Made by a program: the position numbers and the translations under genes | Shown: positions 1-13,023 of the stretch, piece by piece | How the letters are laid out: each line of letters begins with the position of its first letter | Position numbering within the stretch: the stretch's first letter is position 1 | Source: Octopus sinensis | Lineage: Eukaryota | Length of the DNA stretch: 64,000 bases | Assembly (NCBI RefSeq): GCF_006345805.1 | Contig: NC_043000.1 | Location: 17,980,001-18,044,000 of the forward strand | Reading direction: 5' to 3' | Notes under the pieces: generated by a model | Databases searched by the model: none | Seen by the model: the letters and a program-made list of their open reading frames with translations, nothing else | Told to the model about the DNA's origin: nothing

Positions 1-88
1 AAAAGCTGAACTCATGGCCACTATAAAGCACAATTTTTATAAATATCTAACAACAAAGAATGAAATTAAAACTTAATGCAAGACTTAC

Positions 89-193
89 TGGTGAGAAATC
101 CTGAGAAGGCCCAATTGATCCACCCACCAATTATGATCATTGGTAGAACATTGGTAACATTTCCTTTTAACATATCAGTCATCATAGTGGGAT
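89..193 (-). CDS. EMC3: EMC3 coding exon 4 (gene continues beyond left edge)
   Basis: CAG/GTAAGT bounded 105 bp; (D)[34 protein letters not shown], the highly conserved EMC3 core. Confidence 0.97.
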
Positions 194-1267
194 CTGCAAC
201 AACAAAAGAAGGTAATTAAATCTGTCATATTTTAATATCATAATTTCATCTTCACAGCACAAATAATATGTAGGCTTCAGTCTTTCAACCCACCTGAAAC
301 ATCTCTGGTCCCAACTCCCTTGAGATTACAGGTATGAAAGTGCTTGTATTTAAATCAAAATCTTGAGCCGATATATCATTATTCCATGATAATGAAATAG
401 CTAGTTATATCAATTCAATGTTTAAAAGAGCACAACATAAAAAATAAATTCCCTTATCGTACAATAGTGAATCCTTTAATAAATTACATTAACCTGCAAT
501 ATCAAATACCTTAAGAAATTACATCATAATGTAACAATGAGTAGACTTTTTCCAAATATAAGGCCTAGAAGTGGAGTTAATGAATATTATTTATTTATTC
601 ATTGCACATAGAGGGGACGAACAAAGAGATGAAGTCGATTACATCGACCCCAGTGCATAACTGGTACTTATTTAATCGATCCCAAAGGATGAAAGGCAAT
701 GCTACAGACATAGCACAGATGAATCTAAAGAACAGTCTATGTTGGAATAACAATAATAATAGAAAACTCCTGGAAATAATAATCGCTAATATATAAGGTG
801 GTGACAAGGAAGAATTTGTAGAGTGCAAATAAAATGACTTGTGGTATTTAGCAATGGTTCTTATTTTAGCTGTAGAAACTCTGCCAGATCAGATTGGAGC
901 CTGGTGCAGCCATCTGGTTCACCAGTCCTCAGTCAAATCATCCAACCCATGCTGGCATGGAAAGCAGACGTTAAATGATGATGATGATGATTTTCTTAGT
1001 TCAAATCTTCTTGTTGTCAACTTTGATTTTCATCCTTGTAAGTACTGAGACTGATTTAATCCTTTAGCATTTAAACTGGCCACATCTGACCTAAATATTC
1101 TACCTAATCTATGTTCAAACAAACCAGAACATATCTTTCTCACCTATCCTACAGGGTTTTTCTAAAGATTAAAAAAAAAAACCATATCATCAAAATCTCA
1201 AAGCTACAATATATTGTTTGATAATTCAACACAATGTGTATACATAAGCATTACATTTGACAGAATA

Positions 1268-1690
1268 ATCATCATCATCATCGTCATCATCGTCATTTAG
1301 CGTCTGCTTTGCATGCTAGCATGGGTTGGACGGTTCAACTGGGATCTGGAAGCCAGAAGGCTGCATCAGGCCCAGTCTGATCTGGCAGTGTTTCTACGGC
1401 TGGATGCCATTCCTAACACCAACCACTCCGTGAGTGTAGTAGGTGCTTTTTACGTGCCACCCGCACAGGTGCCAAACGGAGCTGGCAAACGGCCACGGAT
1501 GGATGGTGCTTTTTACGTGCCACCGGCACGGAGGCCAGTCGGGGCGGTGCTGGCAACGGCCACGATCGGATGGTACGATTACTTGTCACCGGCACTGGTA
1601 TCACAGCTGCAATTTCCATTGATGTTGATCGACTTCGATTTTGGTTCTGCTTTCTGATATATTTTGATTTTGATTTGATTTGATTTTCTA
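1268..1690 (-). mobile_element. RTE 3' UTR-derived repeat, nested in a TTAA MITE
   Basis: (CAT)n + TTTAGCGTCTGC..GGATGCC..CCTAACACCAACCACTCCG + tandem units; further copies near 7101, 7440, 8080, 13380, 21693, 24320, 25020, 29418, 32088, 33130, 46439, 51825. Confidence 0.85.
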
Positions 1691-1908
1691 AATATTAAAG
1701 GGTTAATCAACCACTTGCCCTTCCCAAAATGTGTCACCTTGTGTGTATGTTCAGATCAATACATTATTTATAGGTGAAAATTTATCAACGATACAAAATA
1801 CTGGTGAAACCATATGTATGAGAAGATGATAGTTTTTAGACGGAGGACACCTTGCTAGTTTAATCATTTTAATATCTGCTCCATCAATGGTATATTATGG
1901 TATACTGT

Positions 1909-2277
1909 GGAGGCGCAATGGCCCAGTGGTTAGGACAGCAGACTCGCAGTTTTGATTCCCAGACCAGGCGTTGTGTTTATTGAGCGAAAACACCTAAAGC
2001 TCCACGAGTCTCCGGCAGGGGATAGTGGTGATCCCTGTTGTACTCTTTCACCACAACTTTCTCTCACTCTTACTTCCTTTTTCTGTTGTACCTGTATTTC
2101 AAGGGGCCAGCCTTGTCACTCTCTGTGTCACGCTGAATATCCCCGAGAACTACGTTAAGGGTGCACGTGTCTGTGGAGTGCTCAGCCACTTACACGTTAA
2201 TTTCACGAGCAGGCTGTTCCGTTGATTCGGATCAACCGGAACCCTCATCGTCGTAACCGACGGAGTGCTTCCATCCC
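1909..2277 (+). mobile_element. tRNA-derived SINE, family A
   Basis: GGAGGCGCAATGGCCCAGTGGTTAGG head with A/B boxes; flanking ATTATGGTATAyTGT duplication. Confidence 0.88.
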
Positions 2278-4252
2278 ATTATGGTATATTGTCACTAGCC
2301 TCAATTAATGGATCAGCTTTGTGGAGCCCAACAACACAAGATCTAATCCCACCACAATTCTGAAATGCTTTAACACTAACATTTTACAAATTACTAATGC
2401 CTAAACAGTTAAAAACAGCAAGATTGTGTTTTAATGTAAGTCATGGATAACTTCAGTATTTTTTACATTTTAAATGATGTAATAATTCCAGTAGCTTTTA
2501 TTAATTAGAAAATAGTGCAGTGACTGTGAGAAGCAGGTATGGCTGTGTGGTTAAGAAACTTGCTTCTCCTCAGGATCTAGGTTCAGTCCCAATGCATGGC
2601 ACCTTGGGCAGGTGTCTTCTGCTATGCCCCAATGCCAACCAAAGCCTTGAGTGGATTTAGTCAATGGGAACTGAAAGAAGCCTGCTCTGTGTGTTTCTTT
2701 CATTGCTCGCAAAAAAAGTCCTTATTCCATGTCCTCGTACTTTGTATTTTTTGTTGTTTATGTTTTGTGATGTCCTGTGCCCACATATGCATACATGTAA
2801 GTATGCATATATATATATATATATATTATTTATATTGTTGGAGTGGCTGTGTGGTAAGTAGCTTGCTAACCAACCACATGATTCCGGGTTCAGTCCCACT
2901 GTGTGGCACCTTGGGCAAGTGTCTTCTGCTATAGCCCCGGGCCGACCAATGCCTTGTGAGTGGATTTGGTAGACGGAAACTGAAAGAAGCCTGTCGTATA
3001 TATGTATGTATATATATGTATGTGTCTGTGTTTGTCCCCCTAGCATTGCCTGACAACCGATGCTGGTGTGTTTACATCCCCGTCACTTAGCGGTTCGGCA
3101 AAAGAGACCGATAGAATAAGTACTGGACTTACAAAAGAATAAGTCATGGGGTCGATTTGCTTGATTAAAGGCGGTGCTCCAGCATGGCCGCAGTCAAATG
3201 ACTGAAACAAGTAAAAGAGTAAAGAGTAAAAGAGTATATGATTGAACACCACACATCCTTTTCCAACTAAGTTTTATCTTAATAACCCCGATGCGACTCT
3301 TCTCCCTATTATTTTTTTTCTCTCCTCCCATTATCTTATCCTTGCACTCTTTCGTTTTTCTCTTATTTTTTACTTCTTCTTCTTCTATTCTATCCTTTTA
3401 CTCTTTCATTTTCTCTCTTCCTTTCTTTTGCCTCTCCTTCTCCCTCTTTATTTCTCTCTTATCCTGTCCCCAAATATTTTCCTCTCCCCTTCACAGTCCT
3501 CTGTCTGTCACTCTCTCCCCCTCACTCTTCCTCCTTTGCACACACGACCCCCATGTGACCTTCGGCCATTCTCCTAACTTGTGTTTCTTTCTTTCTTCCT
3601 ATTTCAGCTGGACAGGAAAGACACATTGTTCTCCATCTCCTGTCCAGACTGGTTGCTTTGCGTTCGCCACCACACCCTTGTTTAGGCATAGCAGGAATAT
3701 GTCTAGGAATATGTCACCACCCCTACCAGATATCTCTTCTCCCAACTCCCCCTCCTCACTGGTACTGTTCCCTATATCACCTATTTCTTTACTACCCACA
3801 AGGGGCTAAATACAGAGGGGACAAACACACAGATTAAGTCGATTACATCGACCCCAGTGCGTAACTGGTACTTAATTTATCGACCCCGAAGGGATGAAAG
3901 GCAAAGCCGACCTTGGCGGAATTTGAACTCAGAACGTAAAGACAGGCGAAACACCGTTAAGCATTTCGCCCGGCGTGCTAACGTTTCTGCGAGCTCGCCC
4001 GCCTTAATATTACCTGCACTCTCACTTTCTCTATCCTCTTTATCTCACTACTGGAACAAATGCAACCAGGTTATCTGCATTATACCTGCAATCCCCCACT
4101 TCCTGGACAAACGCAACCAGTTTTAGCTGACTCCTTCCTAATCTAACATTGGAATATCCATATTTTTACTCACTTAAATCTACATCATTCGATGACCATA
4201 ATGCTTATGCTTACAATGCTGCTAACACCAGCTCCTTCCTCCAGTAGGAGCA

Positions 4253-4698
4253 TCATCATCATCATTGTTCGACCGTGGTCGAGACAATGGAATTTACCAT
4301 GCTACGCCAGACTTCACGGTCCATCATGGCATTACGGAGGTCCTGTTGCTGGATGCCTGTATCCCTGGAGATTACATCAGGGCAGGAGAGTGTGCGCCCT
4401 CTGGTATTGTGAGTAGATGGCTTCCAGAGGAGAAGAGTAGAAATTACTTCTTTTTCAGCTCTACAACAATGTCCAGCAGACTGGACTCTCCTACCTTTCA
4501 CAAGAGATGACACAGGTGGTAGTTTCCCATATATTTGCATTTTGGTTGGATGGCGCTTCCACGAGAGATTTTGAGCTCTCATAAGGAGGCAAGTGTAGGT
4601 TCCATCCAACCGCCTCTCAAGCTTCTTTGATAACGTCCAGGTTTCTGAGCCATATAGTAGAATTGGTTCGACTGTGGCTTTGAAGATTTCAAGTTTGA
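4253..4698 (-). mobile_element. RTE-like LINE 3' fragment
   Basis: LLYGSETWTL..RRLDGTY..LLMR..DREVWR C-terminus; (GAT)n tail; TSD AGTAGGAGCA at 4243-4252 and 4699-4708. Confidence 0.9.
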
Positions 4699-4719
4699 AG
4701 TAGGAGCAACAATCTTAAC

Positions 4720-6125
4720 ACAATTGAATGCTTGAATGTTGTCAGGTCAGAAGAGAGAACAGATGAAGCATGCCTAAAAAATGAACACCACGACAACCTC
4801 CCTCTTCTTTTCAGGCGCTCAATAACATCTCTCCTCCCCAAACCTCACACCACATTCCCTTCCCAGTTTTCAGAGTTGGCACACTGAAAGGTAGGTCCAG
4901 TGAGATTGTAGAGATGCTTGAAAGGAAACGGGTTGATGTATGCTGCAAACAAGAGGTAAGATAGAGAAGAGCTTCAGCTAGGGACCCCACAGGCAGGGCA
5001 CATAGGTATAAAGTCTTCTGGCAGGGTAAGATGGATGGAGTAGGGGGTGTAGGCATACTCCTTGCAGAGAAATGGGTGGATAAGGTCATAAAGGTTGTTA
5101 GGGTATGTGATAGAGTGCGTAAGCTCAGGCTAGTCCTGCAGAATAGCACAGCTACAATTATCTCCGCTTACGCCCCACATGCAGGGCTACCAAATGATCA
5201 AAATGACCATTTTTATGATACCCTTCTACAGGCCACCTCAAAGACGAGTGGCAATGACCTCATCTTTGTGGCTGGAGATTTTAATGGGCATGTTGGGCGG
5301 GTATCTGGTATCTTCACTGGGGTATACAGGGGCCATGGTATTGGCACCTGGAATGATGAGGGAACTAGGCTACTGGAGTTCTGTGATGCATGCAACCTTT
5401 TAATCTGCAACACTAGCTTCAGGAAGCCAGACAGCCACCTGATAACCTATCAATCAGGGGACTCTGCTAGCCAAATTGATTTCATCCTCACCAGAGAGCA
5501 GGACACAAGGTTGATCTTAAATACAAAGACCCTCCTGGGTGAAGAGTGTGTCCTCCCCCCAGCATAGGCTAGTCATTAGTGACATTAGACTCGAGGCCAG
5601 AAGGATACCAAGAAGCAGACCAATCCAAAAAAGAAGGATTTCGAAGCTAAAGAACCCTTCACATGGTCAGAGATTTAGGAACATCCTCATTAAAATATTT
5701 GATGAGAGGGAGGAGGAGATTGTACGATGTAAGTGTATGAACTGCCATGTTTCACTGTCGTGAAACATGGGCTGTGACTGCAGTGGATATGCGTAGGCTC
5801 GTAAGAAATGAAGCTAGCATGATCCGATGGTCGTGTAATGTCAGTGTGCACACACGACAGAGTGTAAGCACCCTGAGAGAAATGTTGGACATAAGAAGCA
5901 TCGGATGTGGCATCAAGAGAGATGCTTGCGCTGGTATGGTCATGTACTACGGATGGATGAGGAGAGATGTGTGAAGAAGTGCCACTCCCAAACAGTTGAA
6001 GGAATCCGGGGTAGAGGTAGACCTAAGAAGACATGGGATGAGGTAGTCAAGCATGACCTTCGAACGTTGGGCCTCACAGAGGCAATGATGAGAAACCGAG
6101 ACCTCTGGAGATATGCTGTGACTGC
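4720..6125 (+). mobile_element. Decayed RTE LINE: AP endonuclease fused to C-terminus, RT deleted
   Basis: VGTL..VDVCCKQE, GVGILL, IISAYAP, VAGDFNGHVG, SQIDFIL, QHRLVI APE motifs; at about 5720 jumps to ETWAVT..LRWYGHVLRM..GRGRPKKTW. Confidence 0.88.
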
Positions 6126-6948
6126 ATATTGATTACCATTATTATCAAAACTATAAAATTATAGTTATTATTTCATATGTTCTCTCTCTCTAAAAAGACC
6201 TCGCATAATAATAATAAAGCAAGAAAAGAAATTAGAGACCCTGAGCTGTTCTCTCCTCTTTAAAGGGAAACTTCACCCTTGCCTTTATTTCTTAGTAAAC
6301 TCTCTCTCCCTCTCTTACTCCAAAAGCAACCGTAGGTGGCCAGTCAAATTTCCCACGTATAAAATTATACATGTAGTCAAATTATTCATGTATTGGCACA
6401 GACATGTGGTTATGAACTTGCTTTGCAAATATGTGGTTTCAGGTTCAGTCCCATTGTGTGGCACCTTGAGCGAGCATTATCTTGTGAATAAAAGTCTGTT
6501 GTGTGTGAGTGTGTGCGTTTATATTTGCATTTGCCTCTCACTACTTTTTGACAACAGGTGTGGGTTAGAGTATGTCCTCATAACCTAGTAGTTCAGTAAA
6601 AGTGACTGATAAAATAAGTACCAGAGTTTAAAAGAAGAAACGAAATCAGCACTGGAGTAGATTTGTTTGACTGAACTCTTCAAGGCAGTGCTCCAGCAGG
6701 GCCACAGTCCAATGACTGAAGCATGTAACAGAAGATATACAAATAAAATGCTAGCTTTGAATCAAATGATAAACATATGGGTTTGCAAACACAAGTATTT
6801 TCATGGGTAGGCCATTTGTGAAAAGAGTTATTGCAAGACACACAAGTAGTACTATACTCTTGATAAATTTTATATTAGTGATTTATTAAAATACTGGTGA
6901 AAAACAGGTTTTCAGACAGGAATATAACATGTTTTATACATATCTTAC

Positions 6949-7042
6949 CTGTCATCGGATTTTTGACAGTCGCTTCCCTTTTCTGCGTTTTAAAGAAGCC
7001 TCTATCTTCATCATTGAAGAAACTTTTACGCATATTAAAGGC
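6949..7042 (-). CDS. EMC3: EMC3 coding exon 3
   Basis: AG/GTAAGA bounded 94 bp; AFNMRKSFFNDEDRGFFKTQKREATVKNPMT(D). Confidence 0.95.
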
Positions 7043-9675
7043 CTAAAAATAAATTTTAAAAAATTTTTATTAATAAATGTCAATATTAAGTTACATGGCT
7101 TATCATCATCATCATTTAACGTCCGTTTTCCATGCTGGCATGAGTTGGACAGTTTGACAAGAACTGGTATGGCACCAGGTTCCATAGTCTGTTTTGGCTT
7201 AGTTTCTATGGCTGGATGCCCTTCCTAATGCCAACCACTTCACAGAGTATACTGGGTGCTTTTTATGTGGCAGCAGCACCCACACACCAATGCTCGTTTA
7301 CAATGGCACCAGCACCCATACCAATGTTTTTTAACAAATCATAAATTAATGGAAACTTCCATTGCTATCAAAATCAACATTTCACCGATTTGCTGTACTT
7401 GATAAGACACATCAAACGCAGTAAAATTGCTGTCTTCCACACATACAGGCTTGTCCTTCCAGGCGCTGGTACCACTTAAAAATTACCCATGCCAGTGCCG
7501 CATAAACCACCCATACCGGTGTTATGTAACCGCACTCATGCCAGTGCTGCATAAACCCACCCATGCCAGTGGCATGAAAAAAACACCCAGCACGATCTGT
7601 TAAGTGGTTGGTGTTAGGAAGGGCATCCAGCTGTAGAAACCATGCCACAACAGACAGTTGGAGTCTAGACAGATCCATGTCAAACTGTCCAACCCATGCC
7701 AGCAATGAGAGCAGATGTTAAATTATGAAGATGATTTTCCAATCTAGCATAGATTGGGAAAGTCTGTCATACAGATAATGTAACTCATCACGATTCTCTG
7801 TCATCTTGGCCAGGAGGCTAACTTCCTGACATCTGGGCTTAGTACTTTCAGTTACAACCACCTTTTGCTGTTGGTACACTGCACATTTTCACCAAGCATT
7901 CTTATTGATTCACAAAGTTCCTACCAGAACATTCATCTCTTCTACATACATTGGCTTATACCTTTAATATCCAGCTGGTCTACCATCTTGTTTGTGCTCC
8001 AGCTTTTAGATAAGTTAACATTATACAACCAACAGATCATATTCTCTTTTCTTTAGCTTTCATGGTTCTTCGACAGCGGCTAACTGGCTTCCATGCAAGT
8101 GGCATGTAGGAGGCACCATTCAAGTGGGATCATTACCAGCATCGCCTTACTGGCACCTGTGCCGTTGGCATGTATAACAAAATTCGAGTGAGGTTGTTGC
8201 CTGTACCACCTGACCGGCCCCCGTGCCGGTTGCACGTAAAAGCACCCACTACACTCTCGGAATGGTTGGCGTTAGGAAGGGCATCCAGCTGTAGAAACTC
8301 TGCCAGATCAAGACTGGAGCCTGGTGCAACCATCTGGTTCGCCAGCCCGGAGTCAAACCGTCCAACCCATGCTAGCATGGAAAGTGGACGTTAAACGACG
8401 ACGATAATGATGATATCACAAACACACAGCATCTCACTTCTTAAATTGTTCATAACTTTTGCTTTTTTCCAGCATGCAAGAAAGAGAGAGCTTTTAATGT
8501 GAATGGGAGTAAGAAATCCCTGAACTTCTTCCAACTCTTTACTCTAGCAACTAACACCATAACTACCTCCAGCATCAATTAGACCATCTTGTTTTGTCTT
8601 TTAATTAGTTAATCATTTATAAAGCTGCAATAACTATAATTCAAGTTGCTCCAAATGAACTGAACTAGTAATTGTTCCCAAAATTACCATTTTTCAATGA
8701 TGGAAACTTAACTTCCAACATTTATTTCTCTCACCATTCCCTAAAGGATACAGAAACCCTCTTATACAGCCAATATATATATTTTATTGCCTTTCTTTCT
8801 TAAGTCCAAACACTGACACATAACCACCACTACTAACATCACCAACATCATCATCACCACCAGAACGATCAATCTAAGAATTATCACTCCAGCTTGCTCC
8901 ACCTGAAAAATGGTCATCTTTCACCACAGTGAATATAATTGATATAGTTAGGCTAACATAAATCTATTCCTTCGTTATGTGTCTTTATTTTGAAAGTTTA
9001 AGGGAAAAAAAGGAAAGAAGATAGTTTTCCAAAATTAGTTGTAGCTACAATAATTACATAGATAAAATTGCAAAATATCATCAACATGTTATTGTGGTGA
9101 CTGTGTTGTTTAACTCCCAGGTAAGCTATGATAAAAGGCATTCCAACCATAACCATCTAGTACAGTGAGGAAGATTTGTCTGCTATTTCCAGCAGGACAT
9201 GAGGCTGCAGAAAACAATCATGGGAAAACTGCGGCTCACAGGCACGCCTAACAAAAAATTACCTTGAATTCTTGAATTTTTTCAGTACTACAACCTGCCT
9301 AATGCCGATCCAGGTCTCAGGTGACCCGCTTCTCGAAAAGGGCCGCCCATGCCTAGTGCAGAGATTCTCTAGATTGATCGTTCAGGTGGTGGTGATGATG
9401 TTAGTAGTGGTGGTTGTGTGTCAGTGTTCGGACTTCACCTTGATTCCACTTGAAAAATTATTACTTTAGATGAGACAAGTTGGGATGAAGATTCTTCAAC
9501 CCAGCATATTCCACCTGAAAAATCATCACCCTACCAAAGTCTGGAGTGACGATTCTTCAGATGATATATATTGTCTTTCATTTAATTTATAGCTTCTTTC
9601 ACTTTCGGTTACCCCTCTAATACAGGGGTTTAGTATACATTATATATGTATATTTTATATATGTACATTATATAT

Positions 9676-10092
9676 AGGCGCAGGAGTGGCTGTGTGGTAA
9701 GTAGCTTGTTTACCAACCACATGGTTCTGGGTTCAGTCCCACTGCGTGACACCTTGGGTAAGTGTCTTCTACTATAGCCTCGGGCCGACCAAAGCCTTGT
9801 GAGTGGATTTGGTAGACGGAAACTGAAAGAAGCCCGTCGTATGTATGTATATATATATATATGTGTGTGTGTGTGTATGTGTTTATGTGTCTGTGTTTGT
9901 CCCCTTAGCATTGCTTGACAACCGATGCTGGTGTGTTTATGTCCCCGTTACTTAGCGGTTCGGCAAAAGAGACCGATAGAATAAGTACTGGGCTTACAAA
10001 AGAATAAGTCCTGGGGTCGATTTGCTCGATTAAAGGCGGTGCTTCAGCATGGCCGCAGTCAAATGACTGAAACAAGTAAAAGAGTAAAGAGT
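9676..10092 (+). mobile_element. SINE family B (GGCGCAGGAGTGGCTGTGTGG head, central TA/TG microsatellite, AAAGAGT tail)
   Basis: Representative copy; others at about 2838-3235, 6400-6735, 13903-14070, 14271-14585, 33954-36771 (split), 37066-37382, 40584-41032, 53835-54370 on plus and 49621-49960, 56909-57264, 62269-62658 on minus. Confidence 0.88.
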
Positions 10093-10692
10093 ATATATGT
10101 ATATTTAGAGGGGTGACCCCTCTAATACAGGGATCCATCGCCCCTGAGATACATTTGTGATTTCCTTTAATTCAAATTTGTAATAAACAGATGTTTTCTT
10201 CCCAAGTTCCATAAGACATCTCAAAATGCACATAAAATACAGACATAAATAAATGAACAAGAGCTTGGAATCGAACCTTAATGAAAATTCTATCACTCGT
10301 AAATTGAAACAAGACACTATCATCAATTGGTGAAAATATACATTTACTAAAATGAGATTATTTTATTCTCCCTTACATTTTATTATCTTGCGAAATGCGC
10401 TGCAGTGTTATGATATAAGTGTGGTGGTCACGGTTTTAAGACTGAAGTTTGCGAAGTAAACGGAAAATTTGCCAAAGTCGCGTATTTTTATATTTTCGTT
10501 TCCCTATCACCCATATTCATCATCAGGTAACATCTTTTCCTCTTTAGGTTTATGGGTTCTGATATGTATTGATTAATACTGCGTGATTATCTTCATAGAT
10601 AATCTTATTAGGCTACGTAAATAATTAAGGGTTTTCAGTTTTAGTACGTCCTATATATATATATTCCTCAGTATGTATTTTTTAAAAATCAA

Positions 10693-11023
10693 TGTGTATA
10701 CATATGTGTGTGTGTATATATATATATATATATGTGTGTGAGTGTGTATATATATGTGTGTGAGTGTGTATATATATGTGTGTGAGGGTGTATATATGTG
10801 TGTGAGTGTGTATATATATGTGTGTGAGTGTGTATATATATGTGTGAGTGTGTATATATGTGTGTGTGTGTGTATATATATATATATGTATATATATATA
10901 TGTGTGTGTGTATATATATATATATGTGTGTGTGTGTATATATATATGTGTGTGTGTGTATATATATGTGTGTGTGTATATATATGTGTGTGTGTGTGTG
11001 TATATATATATGTGTGTGTGTGT
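10693..11023. repeat. Compound (TG)n/(TA)n microsatellite
   Basis: Direct reading; source of several spurious ORFs. Confidence 0.97.
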
Positions 11024-11466
11024 AGGCCACAGGTCAGCCTTGAACCAGCAAATTTGCGGTTAAAGCGGCTCCCTCTATTACTGAATATATCGAGTGTGTC
11101 CTGCCCTTTTTTTTTTAAGACGAAAGGGCGTGATCTGAAGGAAATTTGATGTTATTTCAATCAGCATGAGTGATCATGCAGAGATATGGTTCTGTTATAC
11201 GAATATAAGTTTTAGTGCCAAAAATAAACGGAATATTTTTTAGAGGGATAAAAAAAAAAAGCCAATAACGATTACTCTTAAACCAATACAGACACACAGC
11301 AGATATTAGACTCTGAATATCTCCCTTTACGCATATAAATACTACACAATATGCTTCACACGATCGACAGAAGTTTTATGTAGTTTAAGGATAAAGCTAA
11401 ACAGGTCCTATAGATCGATTATAGATCAATCAAATGCTATATATATAGATATATAGGTGTACTTAC

Positions 11467-11524
11467 ATGCTTGGGAATGTATTTGCCATTTTCTCGTAGT
11501 ATTCGGCTCCGAATTAAGGCGTGA
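11467..11524 (-). CDS. EMC3: EMC3 coding exon 2
   Basis: AG/GTAAGT bounded 58 bp; (S)HALIRSRILRENGKYIPKH; phase compatible with neighbours. Confidence 0.96.
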
Positions 11525-11678
11525 CTAAATAATATAGAATATAATTAGAAAAATATTACCGTCGACAAATATGAATTAATAATAAACCAAGAAAAGGGGA
11601 AAAAAACGGAAAAAAGAGGAAAATGTTTATAACAAAAGATAATGATTAAGAAAAAAAAAAAAAAGATCTCCCATTTAC

Positions 11679-11827
11679 CTGTCTGCTACCTGCTGTAGTT
11701 CTGACTTTTTCTCTGAAGAAAGTAATATAGTGACGTAATGTCTTATGATACCAACTAGAAAAGTAATAACAACAATGGGTAAAAAGACCCAAACTCGAAT
11801 ATTGGAATCTAACAAAAGTTCTGCCAT
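11679..11827 (-). CDS. EMC3: ER membrane protein complex subunit 3, coding exon 1
   Basis: ATG at 11827; translates [49 protein letters not shown](S), matching the EMC3/TMEM111 N-terminus; GTAAAT donor follows; 149 bp, phase 2. Confidence 0.96.
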
Positions 11828-11971
11828 GCTGAGAGTCTGAGAGAATCAATGTGATGGCTGCCAAACAGAGGAAGAGTTATCTTGTAAAGGGGAGAGAAGT
11901 GCGAAACATTCGCTCATCTGATTTTCATGTCAGACGAAGATTTCCCAGCTTTATGCGTACGTAGCAGAAGC

Positions 11972-13023
11972 TCGGGCGAGCTGGCAGAATCGTTAGCACG
12001 CCGGGCGAAATGCTTAGCGGTATTTCGTCTGTCGTTACGTTCTGAGTTCAAATTCCGCCGAGGTCGACTTTGCCTTTCATCCTTTCGGGGTCGATAAATT
12101 AAGTACCAGTTACGCACTGGGGTCGATGTAATCGACTTAATACCTATGTCTGTCCTTGTTTGTCCCCTCTGTGTTTAGCCCCTTGTGGGTAATAAAGAAA
12201 TAGAAATAGGTATTTCGTCTGCAGTTACGTTCTGAGTTCAAATTCCGCCGAGGTCGACTTTGCCTTTCATCCTTTCGGGGGTCGATTAAATAAGTACCAG
12301 TTACGCACTGGAGTCGATGTAATCGACTTAATCCGTTTGTCTGTCCTTGTTTGTCCCCTTTATGTTTAGCCCCTTGTGGACAATAAAGAATCAGATATAA
12401 TCGACTTAATACCTATGTCTGTCCTTGTTTGTTCCCTGTGTTTAGCCCCTTGTGGGTAATAAAGAAATAGGTATTTCGTCCGTCTTTACGTTCTGAGTAC
12501 AAATTCCGACTTTGTCTTTCATCCTTTCGGGGTCGATTAAATAAGTACCAGTTACGAACTGGGGTCGATGTAATCGACTTAATACCTTTGTCTGTCCTTG
12601 TTTGTCCCCTCTATGTTTAGCCCCTTGTGGGTAATAAAGAAATAGAAATAGGTACTTCGTCCGTCTTTACGTTCTGAGTTCAAATTCCGCCGAGGTCGAC
12701 TTTGCCTTTCATCCTTTCGGGGTCGATTAAATAAGTACCAGTTACGAACTGGGGTCGATATAATAGACTTAATACCTATGTCTGTCCTTGTTTGTTCCCT
12801 ATGTGTTTAGCCCCTGTGGGTAATAAAGAAATAGAAATAGGTACTTCGTCCGTCTTTACGTTCTGAGTTCAAATTCCGCCGAGGTCGACTTTGCCTTTCA
12901 TCCTTTCGGGGTCGATTAAATAAGTACCAGTTACGAACTGGGGTCGATATAATAGACTTAATACCTATGTCTGTCCTTGTTTGTTCCCTATGTGTTTAGC
13001 CCCTTGTGGGTAATAAAGAAATA
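11972..13023 (+). mobile_element. Tandem array of SINE family C (Nin/Deu-domain-like core)
   Basis: One head then five about 185-bp bodies plus one partial, each with GCCTTTCATCCTTTCGGGGTCGAT..AAGTACCAG; AGAAGC duplication at 11966-11971 and 13024-13029. Confidence 0.9.

Noticed and set aside
1313-1657. Recurring MLAWVG/GAFYVPPA ORFs (also 15693, 39178, 41264, 51734)
   Set aside because: Chance frames in the antisense of the RTE 3' UTR repeat; frames are not preserved among copies
3242-3809. 111-172 aa F/L/S-rich ORFs
   Set aside because: Pyrimidine-rich low-complexity intron sequence without recognisable homology
9611-10132. 17-bp direct repeat ACCCCTCTAATACAGGG around a SINE
   Set aside because: Copies are tens of bases from the SINE ends so not a clean TSD; no further structure could be supported
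10689-11149. ORFs rich in YTH/VCVY
   Set aside because: Translations of a TG/TA microsatellite
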